Shown here piece by piece: positions 1 through 8,685 of a stretch of DNA of 56,710 nucleotides. Within the stretch, counting starts at the first letter, position 1, and each line of letters opens with the position of its first letter. The stretch comes from an uncultured Verrucomicrobiota bacterium. GTDB lineage: Bacteria > Verrucomicrobiota > Verrucomicrobiia > Limisphaerales > UBA1412. The translations under genes and the position numbers were made by a program. The DNA lies in assembly GCA_964609795.1 (NCBI GenBank), contig CAZSTC010000003.1, positions 1 to 56,710 on the forward strand, written 5' to 3'. The notes below the pieces were generated by a model that did not search any database, was not told where the DNA came from, and saw only the letters and a program-made list of their open reading frames with translations.

Positions 1-20
1 CACAACCATGTGAAATGGAA

Positions 21-50
21 TTGACATGAGAAGATCCCTTTTATTATAGT
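21..50 (+). promoter_or_regulatory. sigma70-type promoter of efflux operon
   Basis: TTGACA (21-26), 18-nt spacer, TATAGT (45-50), 35 nt upstream of ATG 86. Confidence 0.6.
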
Positions 51-85
51 GTATCGGATGGTTCGCGATTCCATGTCTTGAAAGA

Positions 86-1066
86 ATGAAAGAAAAAATT
101 ATTAAAGCGCTTTCCTGTGCCCTCTCGTTGATGTATGCCCTGTTTTTTTTACCAAGTTGCAGTTCAGAAAATGAAGAGAGTGTTCTTGGGTATGTTGAAG
201 GCGAGTACATTTATGTGGCGCCCTCAACAGCGGGAATTTTGCAAACTCTCAACGTAGAGCGCGGGGATCTTGTAGAAACGGGAGCAAAGCTGTTTGCTCT
301 GGATTCTCTACAATTAAATTCTTCATTGGAAGTCGCTCGTCTAAAAATGGCTGCCGCCGAGTCTACTTTGAAGGATTTAAGTAAAGGGGCCAGGCCTGAA
401 GAGATATCCGTTCTTTTAAAGCAACAAGAAGAACTTAAATTGGTGCTGGAGAATGAGAAAAAAGAATACGACCGCGTACAACAATTAGTCAAGGATGGCG
501 TCATTACCGCTTCCGATTTTGATGCTCGTGAGACATCATGGCAGGTGGCCCAGGAAAGATTAAAGGGAATAGAAGCTCAACTAGCTGTGGCAAACTTGAG
601 CGCTCGAGAGGATCAGCTCAATGTTGCCCAAAGACAAGTACTCATAGCAGCCCAGGGAGTGGAGCAAGCTGAAAAGCTTTTACAGGAATCCGCGCCATTA
701 GCCGTGACTGCTGGTAGCGTGGAAGACGTCTTCTATCGCCCGGGTGAGTTTGTGAAAGCAGGTTCTCCGGTGGTGTGCCTTTTACCTCCAGAAAACATTA
801 AAATACGTTTTTTTATACCCGAAAAAATGGTCAGCAAAGTTCAATTGGGTGGCTTGGTTCGAGTCTTCGTCAGCGGCAGTAAGAAGGGGATTTCGAGCAA
901 AATAACTTTTATATCGAAGGCTGCTGAATTCACCCCTCCCGTCATTTACAGCTTGGAATCGCGAGAAAAACTCGTTTTTATGATAGAGGCGACACCAGAA
1001 GAGTCTGTTCAAATTTTACGGCCCGGACTACCGGTTAATGTGCTGATTGATCAAGAGAGTAAATAA
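86..1066 (+). CDS. HlyD/YbhG-family membrane fusion protein
   Basis: N-terminal hydrophobic anchor, GYVEGEYIYVAP start, lipoyl-like halves around a coiled coil, AEFTPPVIYSLESREKLVF motif; upstream of ABC ATPase and permease. Confidence 0.9.
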   Translation: MKEKIIKALSCALSLMYALFFLPSCSSENEESVLGYVEGEYIYVAPSTAGILQTLNVERGDLVETGAKLFALDSLQLNSSLEVARLKMAAAESTLKDLSKGARPEEISVLLKQQEELKLVLENEKKEYDRVQQLVKDGVITASDFDARETSWQVAQERLKGIEAQLAVANLSAREDQLNVAQRQVLIAAQGVEQAEKLLQESAPLAVTAGSVEDVFYRPGEFVKAGSPVVCLLPPENIKIRFFIPEKMVSKVQLGGLVRVFVSGSKKGISSKITFISKAAEFTPPVIYSLESREKLVFMIEATPEESVQILRPGLPVNVLIDQESK

Positions 1067-1086
1067 TGGGATAAGAGGGGTGTGAT

Positions 1087-2022
1087 GTGAAAGATGAAGT
1101 GCTTCTGGCAATAGATGTGCATAACCTCACAAAACGTTTTGGGAGACATACCGTCGTTAATCGAATTAATTTAGTTGTTCCGCAAGGTAAAGTTTACGGA
1201 TTTTTGGGACCCAATGGCAGCGGGAAAACAACGACGATTCGAATGATTTGTGGGCTTCTTACGCCGGATGAAGGCGAGGGTACCTGTCTCGGGTATGATT
1301 TACGAAGAGAATCTGAAGAAATTCGCAAAAATGTGGGATATATGACTCAGAAGTTCAGTTTCTGGGATGATCTCACAATTCGTGAAAACCTCAATTTTGT
1401 GGGTAAAATTTTTGGGATAAAAGAGTCTAGGGAGCGAATGCAGAATGCACTGCAGAAGTTAGGATTGGAACACAGGGCAGATCAATTGGCAGGAAGTCTC
1501 TCTGGAGGCTGGAAGCAAAGGTTAGCCTTGGCAGCCTGTACGCTTCATGAGCCCAAATTGCTGCTTTTGGATGAACCCACTGCTGGTGTAGACCCTAAAG
1601 CGCGACGTGAGTTTTGGGATGAGATTCATCAACTGGCTTCTCAAGGAATTACTGTGTTGGTTAGCACTCACTATATGGACGAAGCAGAGCGCTGCCATTC
1701 CATTGTTTATATCGCGAATGGAAATATTCTTTCTCAAGGCACCGTTGACGACGTGATTTCTCAATCGGGTTTGAGTACATGGGTAGTGGAGGGAAAAGAT
1801 TTGGTTTCTCTCAAAGAAGAATTACTCAAAAATCCTGCTGTGATGACCGCGGCTGTTTTTGGAGAATCCTTGCATGTCAGTGGATTGGTGCCTGAAGAGC
1901 TCGAAGCCGCTATTGAACCTTACAAGAGCCGAAAAAACCTTTTTTGGAGTCGAGAAGAAACGTCTCTTGAGGACGCCTTCATCTATTACAATACGCTGAT
2001 AAAAGATTTTGAAAGGAGCTAG
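1087..2022 (+). CDS. ABC transporter ATP-binding protein (YbhF-like, single NBD)
   Basis: Walker A GPNGSGKT, signature LSGGWKQR, Walker B LLLLDEPT, H-loop STHY; GTG start after GAGGGG. Confidence 0.95.
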   Translation: MKDEVLLAIDVHNLTKRFGRHTVVNRINLVVPQGKVYGFLGPNGSGKTTTIRMICGLLTPDEGEGTCLGYDLRRESEEIRKNVGYMTQKFSFWDDLTIRENLNFVGKIFGIKESRERMQNALQKLGLEHRADQLAGSLSGGWKQRLALAACTLHEPKLLLLDEPTAGVDPKARREFWDEIHQLASQGITVLVSTHYMDEAERCHSIVYIANGNILSQGTVDDVISQSGLSTWVVEGKDLVSLKEELLKNPAVMTAAVFGESLHVSGLVPEELEAAIEPYKSRKNLFWSREETSLEDAFIYYNTLIKDFERS

Positions 2023-2029
2023 AAGATAG

Positions 2030-3169
2030 ATGTGGAAGGGTAGGTTTTCTTTTGGCCGCACCTGGGCCATCATGCAGAAAGAATTTACGCAGCTGAGGCG
2101 TGAGCGCTCTACTTTTGCTATGATAGTTTTGTTGCCAATAATTCAATTGCTTCTATTCGGATACGCTGTTGATACGAATCCCAAAAATCTTCCTACTTAC
2201 ATTCTCTGTCGTGACCAAAGCGTGTTTTCACGTAGTCTGGTAGCAGGTCTGAAAAATTCTCTCTACTTTGATATTCGTGGAGATGTGCATTCTGACGAAG
2301 AAGGGGAAAACCTTTTACGAAAAGGCCAAGCTCAATTCATAGTTACAATTCCTGAGAATTTTGAGCGGGATTTAGTTGGTGGAAAAAAACCTGCCGTATT
2401 GGTCCAGGTTGATGCCACAGACCCTGTTGCTTCCAGTGGACCTGTAGCAGCAATGAACGGCATTTTGGAGAGCGTTTCGAGGCATGATTTGAAAGGACCG
2501 CTGGAACATTTAAACACTGGTAAACCTGCTGTGGAGCTAATTCAGCATCGAATGTACAATCCGGAAGGATTAACCCGTTTTAATATTGTGCCGGGGCTTT
2601 TGGGAATTGTTCTGACAATGACTGGAGTAATGATGGTGGCTTTAGCTCTTACACGTGAGAGAGAACGCGGCACGATGGAAAATTTGTTGGCAATGCCCGC
2701 AAGACCCTTAGAAGTCATGATTGGGAAAATTGTGCCCTATATTTTTATTGGTTATATTCAGTCGACGATAGTAGTAACGGCAGCCCGGATTTTATTTTCC
2801 GTTCCCGTCTTGGGAAGCTTGTGGTTGTTAGGCGGGGTCCTTGGAATTTTTATCACATGCAATATGGCGATGGGATATGCATTGGCTACAATTTCCCGAA
2901 CACAAATGCAGGCAATGCAGGGAACTATTTTAATCACATTACCTTCTTTAATGCTTTCCGGATTTATCTTCCCTTTCTTGGGGATGCCGGCGTGGGCTCA
3001 GACTATCGGGCATATGATTCCAATGACCTATTTTAATCGTATAGTCAGAGGGATCATGCTTAAAGGAAGCGGAATAGGAGAGATTTGGCCTGAAACCTGG
3101 CCGCTATTGATCTTCCTGTTAATAGCTACAATGATTGCGATTAAGTGCTATCGCAAAACGATTGATTAA
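2030..3169 (+). CDS. ABC-2 type permease (YbhR/YbhS-like)
   Basis: KEFTQLRRE start, periplasmic loop, YNP..RFNIVPGLLG, RERERGTMENLL motif, several TM helices. Confidence 0.92.
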   Translation: MWKGRFSFGRTWAIMQKEFTQLRRERSTFAMIVLLPIIQLLLFGYAVDTNPKNLPTYILCRDQSVFSRSLVAGLKNSLYFDIRGDVHSDEEGENLLRKGQAQFIVTIPENFERDLVGGKKPAVLVQVDATDPVASSGPVAAMNGILESVSRHDLKGPLEHLNTGKPAVELIQHRMYNPEGLTRFNIVPGLLGIVLTMTGVMMVALALTRERERGTMENLLAMPARPLEVMIGKIVPYIFIGYIQSTIVVTAARILFSVPVLGSLWLLGGVLGIFITCNMAMGYALATISRTQMQAMQGTILITLPSLMLSGFIFPFLGMPAWAQTIGHMIPMTYFNRIVRGIMLKGSGIGEIWPETWPLLIFLLIATMIAIKCYRKTID

Positions 3170-4329
3170 AGGGAAGTATTCTCAGTAAACGATAATGATT
3201 GCTCCCAGTCTTTCCAGACAGGCTCATAACCGAGGTTTTTGAGAAAGGCGGAAACTTCTTCAGGCGTTCTGCTATCGGCTATTTCAAACTGAGTAGTAGC
3301 CGGTGTTTCAGGCGTTTTTTCCGAAGTGCAGCTTTCGTGGGTGTAGCCCCCAGGTTCTGTGTGGCTGCCAGCACTTACGGAGGTAAAACCTAGAGGGAAA
3401 AGACGATTGCGCATTTCCGGGGACTCCCGTGTGGAAAGCGTCATAGCGACATCAGGGAAAAGAATCCGCAACGCACATACTAAACCTACAAATTGGCGAT
3501 CGCTCAAAAGGTGTTCAGGCTTGAATTCACCGGCATGAGGGCGAAGTCTGGGAAAGGAAATACCTATTTGAGCTTTCCAGCAATGCTTGATCAAATACTG
3601 AACATGAGCAGCCAGGCAAATAACATCTTTTTGCCAAGAGCTCAGGCCAAAAAGAACTCCCAGGCCAAGCTTTTTCATTCCTCCATCATAGGCTCGCTCC
3701 GGTGTTTCCAAACGCCATTGAAAATTGCGCTTTGGGCCGGATGGGTGAAATTCACCATAGCCCGATTCGATATAAGTTTCCTGAAAAACCGTAATCCCTG
3801 CAGTGCCTGCTTCGACTAAATTTCGATAGTCCTCCACTGAAGTTGGAGCCACCTCAAAACAAACCTCGGAAAACCGTTCAGCTGCCAGTTTGGCACACTG
3901 ACAAAGATAGGAATTGGAAACTTTAAGAGGATTTTCAGACGCGACTAATAGAAGGCTGCGAAAACCGTGCTCGTATAAGAACCCCATCTCTCGATCAACC
4001 TCTTTTAAATTAAGAGATTTTCGATGAATTATATTATGGCGGTTAAAGCTACAATATTTACAAGCATTCACGCACTCATTGGAAAGGTAAAGCGGGGCAA
4101 AGAAGCGGATAGCCTTTCCGAAACGTTGAATAGTGAGGAGGTGCGCTCGTTGGGCAATTCTTTTTAATAGATGGCTCTCAAAAGCGGCAGGAGAAATTAG
4201 AGCTGCAAAATCGGCTAGAGACGGGTGAGGCTGAGATAAAGCCCGCTCAACAGCCACACTATCGGCCCGTTGAGACAGATCATTGAGCTCATTAATTGGA
4301 AGCGATTGAAGTTCAGAATAAAAGGACAT
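3166..4329 (-). CDS. thiH: 2-iminoacetate synthase (radical SAM tyrosine lyase)
   Basis: APLYLSNECVNACKYCSF (CxxxCxxC), FQETY, ISFPRLRP, LSTRE, SAGSHTEPGGY. Confidence 0.88.
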   Translation of the reverse strand: MSFYSELQSLPINELNDLSQRADSVAVERALSQPHPSLADFAALISPAAFESHLLKRIAQRAHLLTIQRFGKAIRFFAPLYLSNECVNACKYCSFNRHNIIHRKSLNLKEVDREMGFLYEHGFRSLLLVASENPLKVSNSYLCQCAKLAAERFSEVCFEVAPTSVEDYRNLVEAGTAGITVFQETYIESGYGEFHPSGPKRNFQWRLETPERAYDGGMKKLGLGVLFGLSSWQKDVICLAAHVQYLIKHCWKAQIGISFPRLRPHAGEFKPEHLLSDRQFVGLVCALRILFPDVAMTLSTRESPEMRNRLFPLGFTSVSAGSHTEPGGYTHESCTSEKTPETPATTQFEIADSRTPEEVSAFLKNLGYEPVWKDWEQSLSFTENTSL

Positions 4330-4341
4330 GGAAAAATACAG

Positions 4342-4372
4342 AAGTTGCCGGCCCCAGAAAGACCAGCAACTT
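4342..4372 (-). terminator. 12-bp hairpin between secA stop and thiH start (weak terminator or attenuator)
   Basis: Minus strand AAGTTGCTGGTC-N7-GGCCGGCAACTT with two G-U pairs, then CTGTATTTTT. Confidence 0.45.
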
Positions 4373-4433
4373 GCTTATCATTCAATATAAAAACACCTTG
4401 CTACATAAGCCGGCCGATCTTTGCCACAGTTCA

Positions 4434-7400
4434 CTAATTGGAACCCTCGTTATGCTTCAGAACGCCACAGCAATGTTTGAATTTTTTACCACTGCCACAA
4501 GGACAGGGATCATTCCGTCCCACCGTGGGATGCCTCCGAACTGGCTGCCGTTTGGGGGCAATCCGCTCTTGGCTTGCAGGCGCACTCGCACTTTGAGAAA
4601 CATCCCCTGATTCAACAGATGATGTATCGTGAACCGTTTGCATCTTAGAAAGGTTTTGCAAAAACTGTTGGAAAGCCATCAAGCTTGAAGCACTACGGAA
4701 AATGTTATGGCAAATCTGAGTTTTAATGTCCAGCATGAGCTTGTCGAACGTTTTGTAAGCTTCTGCTTTATATTCCAGAAGAGGATCACGCTGACCATAG
4801 GCACGCAAAGAAATTGCATTGCGCAAATGGTCCATATGATAGAGATGCTCTTGCCACAAACGGTCAATCGCGCTCAGGATGGTATAGCGTTCTACACTCT
4901 TCAAAGCATCGGGATTTTCAAAGCTTGCTTTGAGCATGTAAGCTTCACGAATAGCTTCAACCAAATGCACTGCCACTGCAAATTGCTGTGGACTCAACTC
5001 TCCGTAGAGCGAATCCGAAAGGGGCTTCTCTGTGCCAGTGTTAGCCACGTTCTCCAATATTTGAATTGTCTGAGAGAGTGGGAAGTGCAGGTTTACCCAA
5101 TCCAGGAGCTCACGCAAATTCCAGTCTCCTACGTCCTGGCCGGGAAGAGAGCATTTTTGCACCTTTTGGACAACGACCTCTTCCATGACATCCAGGAGTC
5201 GGTCCTGAACATCTTCAGAATGAATAATCTCATTCCGGAATCCGTAAACGACCTCTCTCTGTTTGTTCATCACATCATCATATTCAAGAGTGCGTTTACG
5301 AATCTGATAATGATGTTGTTCAACTCGTTTTTGCGCTGTCTGGATGGATCGATTTAAAAGAGGGTGGTTTAACTCCTGATTCTCTTCCAAACCTACGCGC
5401 TCCATTATTTTGATGATACGATCTGAACCAAAAAGGCGCATAACGTCATCCTCAAGCGAAATAAAGAAATGAGAAGAACCCGGATCGCCCTGACGTGCAC
5501 AGCGCCCTCTCAACTGCCGATCAATACGGCGTGATTCATGGCGCTCTGTTCCGACGACATGTAACCCACCGAGCGCCGCTATCCCTTCGCCCAGCTTAAT
5601 ATCTGTACCGCGCCCGGCCATGTTCGTTGCGATAGTTACCGCACCGCGTTGGCCTGCTCGAGCGATAATCTCGGCTTCTTTTTGGTGATATTTTGCATTT
5701 AAGACACTATGAGGAATATTCACTTTGCGCAGCATATTAGAGAGAACCTCACTGCTCTCCACGGAGCGGGTGCCGACCAAAATGGGGCGCCCTACACGAT
5801 GCAATTCAGTGATTTCATTAACTACGGCAGTGTACTTCTCACGCTGAGTTTTATAAACAGAGTCATTGGAATCCTTACGTGCCACAACGCGATTGGTGGG
5901 AATAACCAATACCTTTAATTTATAAATATCAAAAAATTCGTTCGCTTCAGTTTCAGCTGTACCCGTCATGCCGGCTAGCTTTTTGTAGAGACGGAAGTAA
6001 TTTTGAATTGTAATCGTGGCTAAGGTTTGAGTCTCTCGCTCAATTTCCACACCCTCTTTTGCTTCAACTGCCTGGTGCAACCCATCGCTCCAGCGACGCC
6101 CCGTCATCAAACGCCCCGTATGTTCGTCTACGATAATGACTTTATTGTCTTGGACTACGTATTGAACATCTTTCTCAAAGAGGCAATATGCCTTAAGCAA
6201 TTGGGAAATGACATGAATCTGGGCTGATTTGTTTTCGAACTCCTGCTGAACAGCCTGTTTAAGCTGCATTTTTTTTGCAGGATCGTACTCAGGGTTTGAA
6301 TCAATATCATGAAATGCAGTGATAGTATCCGGTAAGACATAGGCGTTCGGATCATCGGGATGCATAAAGTTGCGTCCCTTTTCGGTTAAATCCGCATCAT
6401 GTCCTTTTTCGTCCACAGCAAAATAAAGTTCTTCTTTTTGCGCATAAAGAGTTTTTTTGGACTGGTCGGCATGAAGCTCCAGCTCTACGTCGTTGACCAA
6501 ACGTAAGTTGTCGGGATCCTCCATGAGAGAGAGGAAGGCTGGCATCTTTGGCGCTCCAATTTTAGTCCGGTAAAGCAGAAGGCCAATTTCCTGTTTGAGA
6601 TTTGCAACCGTTTCGGAACGCGCGTCCTTTTCCTTCTCTAACTCTAATTTTTTTAAGAGTTTTTTGGCTTCCTCCAAATATCCGCCGCAGTGCCGCCTTT
6701 GTAACTCCACCAGACTGGTAATTCTGGGTTTGAACTGCTCGTACAGCTTGTTATCAAAAGCAACAACAGAGGGGCCGCTGATAATCAACGGAACTCGAGC
6801 CTCATCTATCAGAATGGAGTCAACCTCGTCTACAATTGCAAAGTTATATCCCCTTTGAACTTGCTCTGTGGCTGTGGTCGCCATCCCGTTATCTCTAAGA
6901 TAATCAAAACCATATTCCGCATTTGTGCCGTATGTGATGTCACAGGCATATTGCGCTCTGCGCTCCATGGGGGATTGATCATGTAGAATACAACCGACAC
7001 TTAGGCCGAGAAACTTGAAAATAGTTCCCATCCATTCACTATCGCGTGCGGCGAGATAGTCGTTCACGGTAACCAGATGAGCACCTCGTCCGCTTAGCGC
7101 GTTCAGGTAAAGGGGCAAAGTGGCCACCAAGGTTTTACCTTCACCTGTAGCCATTTCGGAAATCATACCTCGATGAAGGGCGATACCGCCGATCAGCTGG
7201 ACGTCAAAGGGGATCATATCCCAAATCAGCTTCTGCCCACGAACCTCCATCTCTCTACCCATCAACCTGCGGCACGCATTCTTAACAGCAGCAAATGCCT
7301 CTGGCAAAACTTCATCGAGGGCTTGAGTCCTTTTTTCATCATCCTCGATTGCCGAGATACTGGCTTTCCATTGAAGGGTTTTTTCCCTCAAAGCTTCATC

Positions 7401-7517
7401 TGATAAAGATTGAAAAGAAACCTCGAGGTCGTTAATTTTTTTTACCAAACCCCGGAGTTTCTTCACCTCACGATCATTCTTGGTACCGAATACTTTTTTA
7501 AATAAATAGCCTATCAT
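4434..7517 (-). CDS. secA: preprotein translocase subunit SecA (long form)
   Basis: MATGEGKT, VDEVDSILIDEAR, ATNMAGRGTDIKL, RRIDRQLRGR, C-terminal GRNDPCPCGSGKKFKHCC. Confidence 0.99.
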   Translation of the reverse strand: MIGYLFKKVFGTKNDREVKKLRGLVKKINDLEVSFQSLSDEALREKTLQWKASISAIEDDEKRTQALDEVLPEAFAAVKNACRRLMGREMEVRGQKLIWDMIPFDVQLIGGIALHRGMISEMATGEGKTLVATLPLYLNALSGRGAHLVTVNDYLAARDSEWMGTIFKFLGLSVGCILHDQSPMERRAQYACDITYGTNAEYGFDYLRDNGMATTATEQVQRGYNFAIVDEVDSILIDEARVPLIISGPSVVAFDNKLYEQFKPRITSLVELQRRHCGGYLEEAKKLLKKLELEKEKDARSETVANLKQEIGLLLYRTKIGAPKMPAFLSLMEDPDNLRLVNDVELELHADQSKKTLYAQKEELYFAVDEKGHDADLTEKGRNFMHPDDPNAYVLPDTITAFHDIDSNPEYDPAKKMQLKQAVQQEFENKSAQIHVISQLLKAYCLFEKDVQYVVQDNKVIIVDEHTGRLMTGRRWSDGLHQAVEAKEGVEIERETQTLATITIQNYFRLYKKLAGMTGTAETEANEFFDIYKLKVLVIPTNRVVARKDSNDSVYKTQREKYTAVVNEITELHRVGRPILVGTRSVESSEVLSNMLRKVNIPHSVLNAKYHQKEAEIIARAGQRGAVTIATNMAGRGTDIKLGEGIAALGGLHVVGTERHESRRIDRQLRGRCARQGDPGSSHFFISLEDDVMRLFGSDRIIKIMERVGLEENQELNHPLLNRSIQTAQKRVEQHHYQIRKRTLEYDDVMNKQREVVYGFRNEIIHSEDVQDRLLDVMEEVVVQKVQKCSLPGQDVGDWNLRELLDWVNLHFPLSQTIQILENVANTGTEKPLSDSLYGELSPQQFAVAVHLVEAIREAYMLKASFENPDALKSVERYTILSAIDRLWQEHLYHMDHLRNAISLRAYGQRDPLLEYKAEAYKTFDKLMLDIKTQICHNIFRSASSLMAFQQFLQNLSKMQTVHDTSSVESGDVSQSASAPASQERIAPKRQPVRRHPTVGRNDPCPCGSGKKFKHCCGVLKHNEGSN

Positions 7518-7537
7518 ATCGCCGACAAACCAAGGGA

Positions 7538-7565
7538 ATTATCCCGCAGGGGGCTGAGAAGTCAA
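7538..7565 (-). promoter_or_regulatory. sigma70-type promoter of secA
   Basis: Minus strand TTGACT-N16-GATAAT ending 20 nt before the ATG. Confidence 0.5.
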
Positions 7566-7610
7566 CAAAAGAGCGTAATTTAAATAATAGGATTATCTTA
7601 TCTCCCTCTT

Positions 7611-8654
7611 TTAGAAAAGGTTATATTTTGGGAGATGTTGGTCCAGCGTAGAGTGGACTGGCTGTGGCTTGTAAGAATGCTTTAGTTCACCCGCATCATC
7701 CAAAAAACGGAGCCTCTCCTTAGAGTACTGTTCTACAATTTGGTGAAATTGTGCCAAAGAAGTGCATTGGCTAATTTGCCGGTTAACCTCACGAGACGGC
7801 CCCATTCTGCGTGTATAAAACGGGGCGATTTTACGAAATTGGCAGCAAGCAGATTTTTCTCCACAAAGTTCAACCAACAACTCCAGATGACGGATCATAA
7901 AATCCAGGCGGTTCTGAAATGATGGATTGGCAGATGAGTTTTCTTTAATTTCTTTAAAAATCCAAGGGTTATAAAGCGCACCACGTCCAATTGAAAGTCC
8001 TGAAGCTTCCGTTCTCTCAAGCATCAGCCGTGCGTTTTCTAGTGTCGTCACATCGCCATTAGCAAAGACAGGAATTTTTGAAGCCTCTTGTACTACGGCC
8101 GCAATTCCATCCAGGCTGACATCTCCTGAAAAACCTTGAGAACGATATCGCCCGTGAATTGTGATGGATTGAATTCCAGTTTCCTGAAAAGCGTTTGCCA
8201 AGCTAGGGGCGATAAGGTTGCCCAGTTCTACTCCTAAGCGCATTTTTACCGTAACCGGAATTTTTACTGCTTCAACAACAGATTCAACAAGCCTCAACGC
8301 TAACTCCGGTTGTGTAAGAAGTGCCGCCCCCCCGCCATTTTTGAAGATTTTGGGCGCAGGGCAACCCATGTTTATATCGATAAAGAATGCCCCGTGAGCC
8401 TCAGCAATGCGAGCGGCCTCGGCCATTTCTTGGGTGATATTGCCAAAAAGTTGGACTCCACAGGGAGTATCCTCTTCTGAAAGTGTAATCAACCGTAAGG
8501 CTTCAGGATTCCTTTCGATCAGGGATCGTGCATTGATTAGCTCGGTTACGGTATAATCCACCCCGGGAGCTATCATTCTAATCAAGGCCCGGAAGGGGAG
8601 GTTTGTGTAGCCTGCCATAGGGGCTAAAATTAATGGGACTGGTGATGTGGGCAA
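7611..8654 (-). CDS. dusB: tRNA-dihydrouridine synthase (DusB-like)
   Basis: LAPMAGYT, QLFG, IDINMGCP, GAALL, VTVKMRLG, TIHGR, ANGDV, IGRGALYNPW; TTG start. Confidence 0.9.
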   Translation of the reverse strand: MPTSPVPLILAPMAGYTNLPFRALIRMIAPGVDYTVTELINARSLIERNPEALRLITLSEEDTPCGVQLFGNITQEMAEAARIAEAHGAFFIDINMGCPAPKIFKNGGGAALLTQPELALRLVESVVEAVKIPVTVKMRLGVELGNLIAPSLANAFQETGIQSITIHGRYRSQGFSGDVSLDGIAAVVQEASKIPVFANGDVTTLENARLMLERTEASGLSIGRGALYNPWIFKEIKENSSANPSFQNRLDFMIRHLELLVELCGEKSACCQFRKIAPFYTRRMGPSREVNRQISQCTSLAQFHQIVEQYSKERLRFLDDAGELKHSYKPQPVHSTLDQHLPKYNLF

Positions 8655-8685
8655 TATATTAAGAAGGGTAGGAGGTTAGCGAAGA

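Noticed and set aside
3166-4329. HydG hydrogenase maturase instead of ThiH
   Set aside because: Only 387 aa, lacks the C-terminal Cys-rich extension, no hyd genes nearby
4330-4433. TPP riboswitch upstream of thiH
   Set aside because: Conserved CUGAGA and ACCUG elements absent
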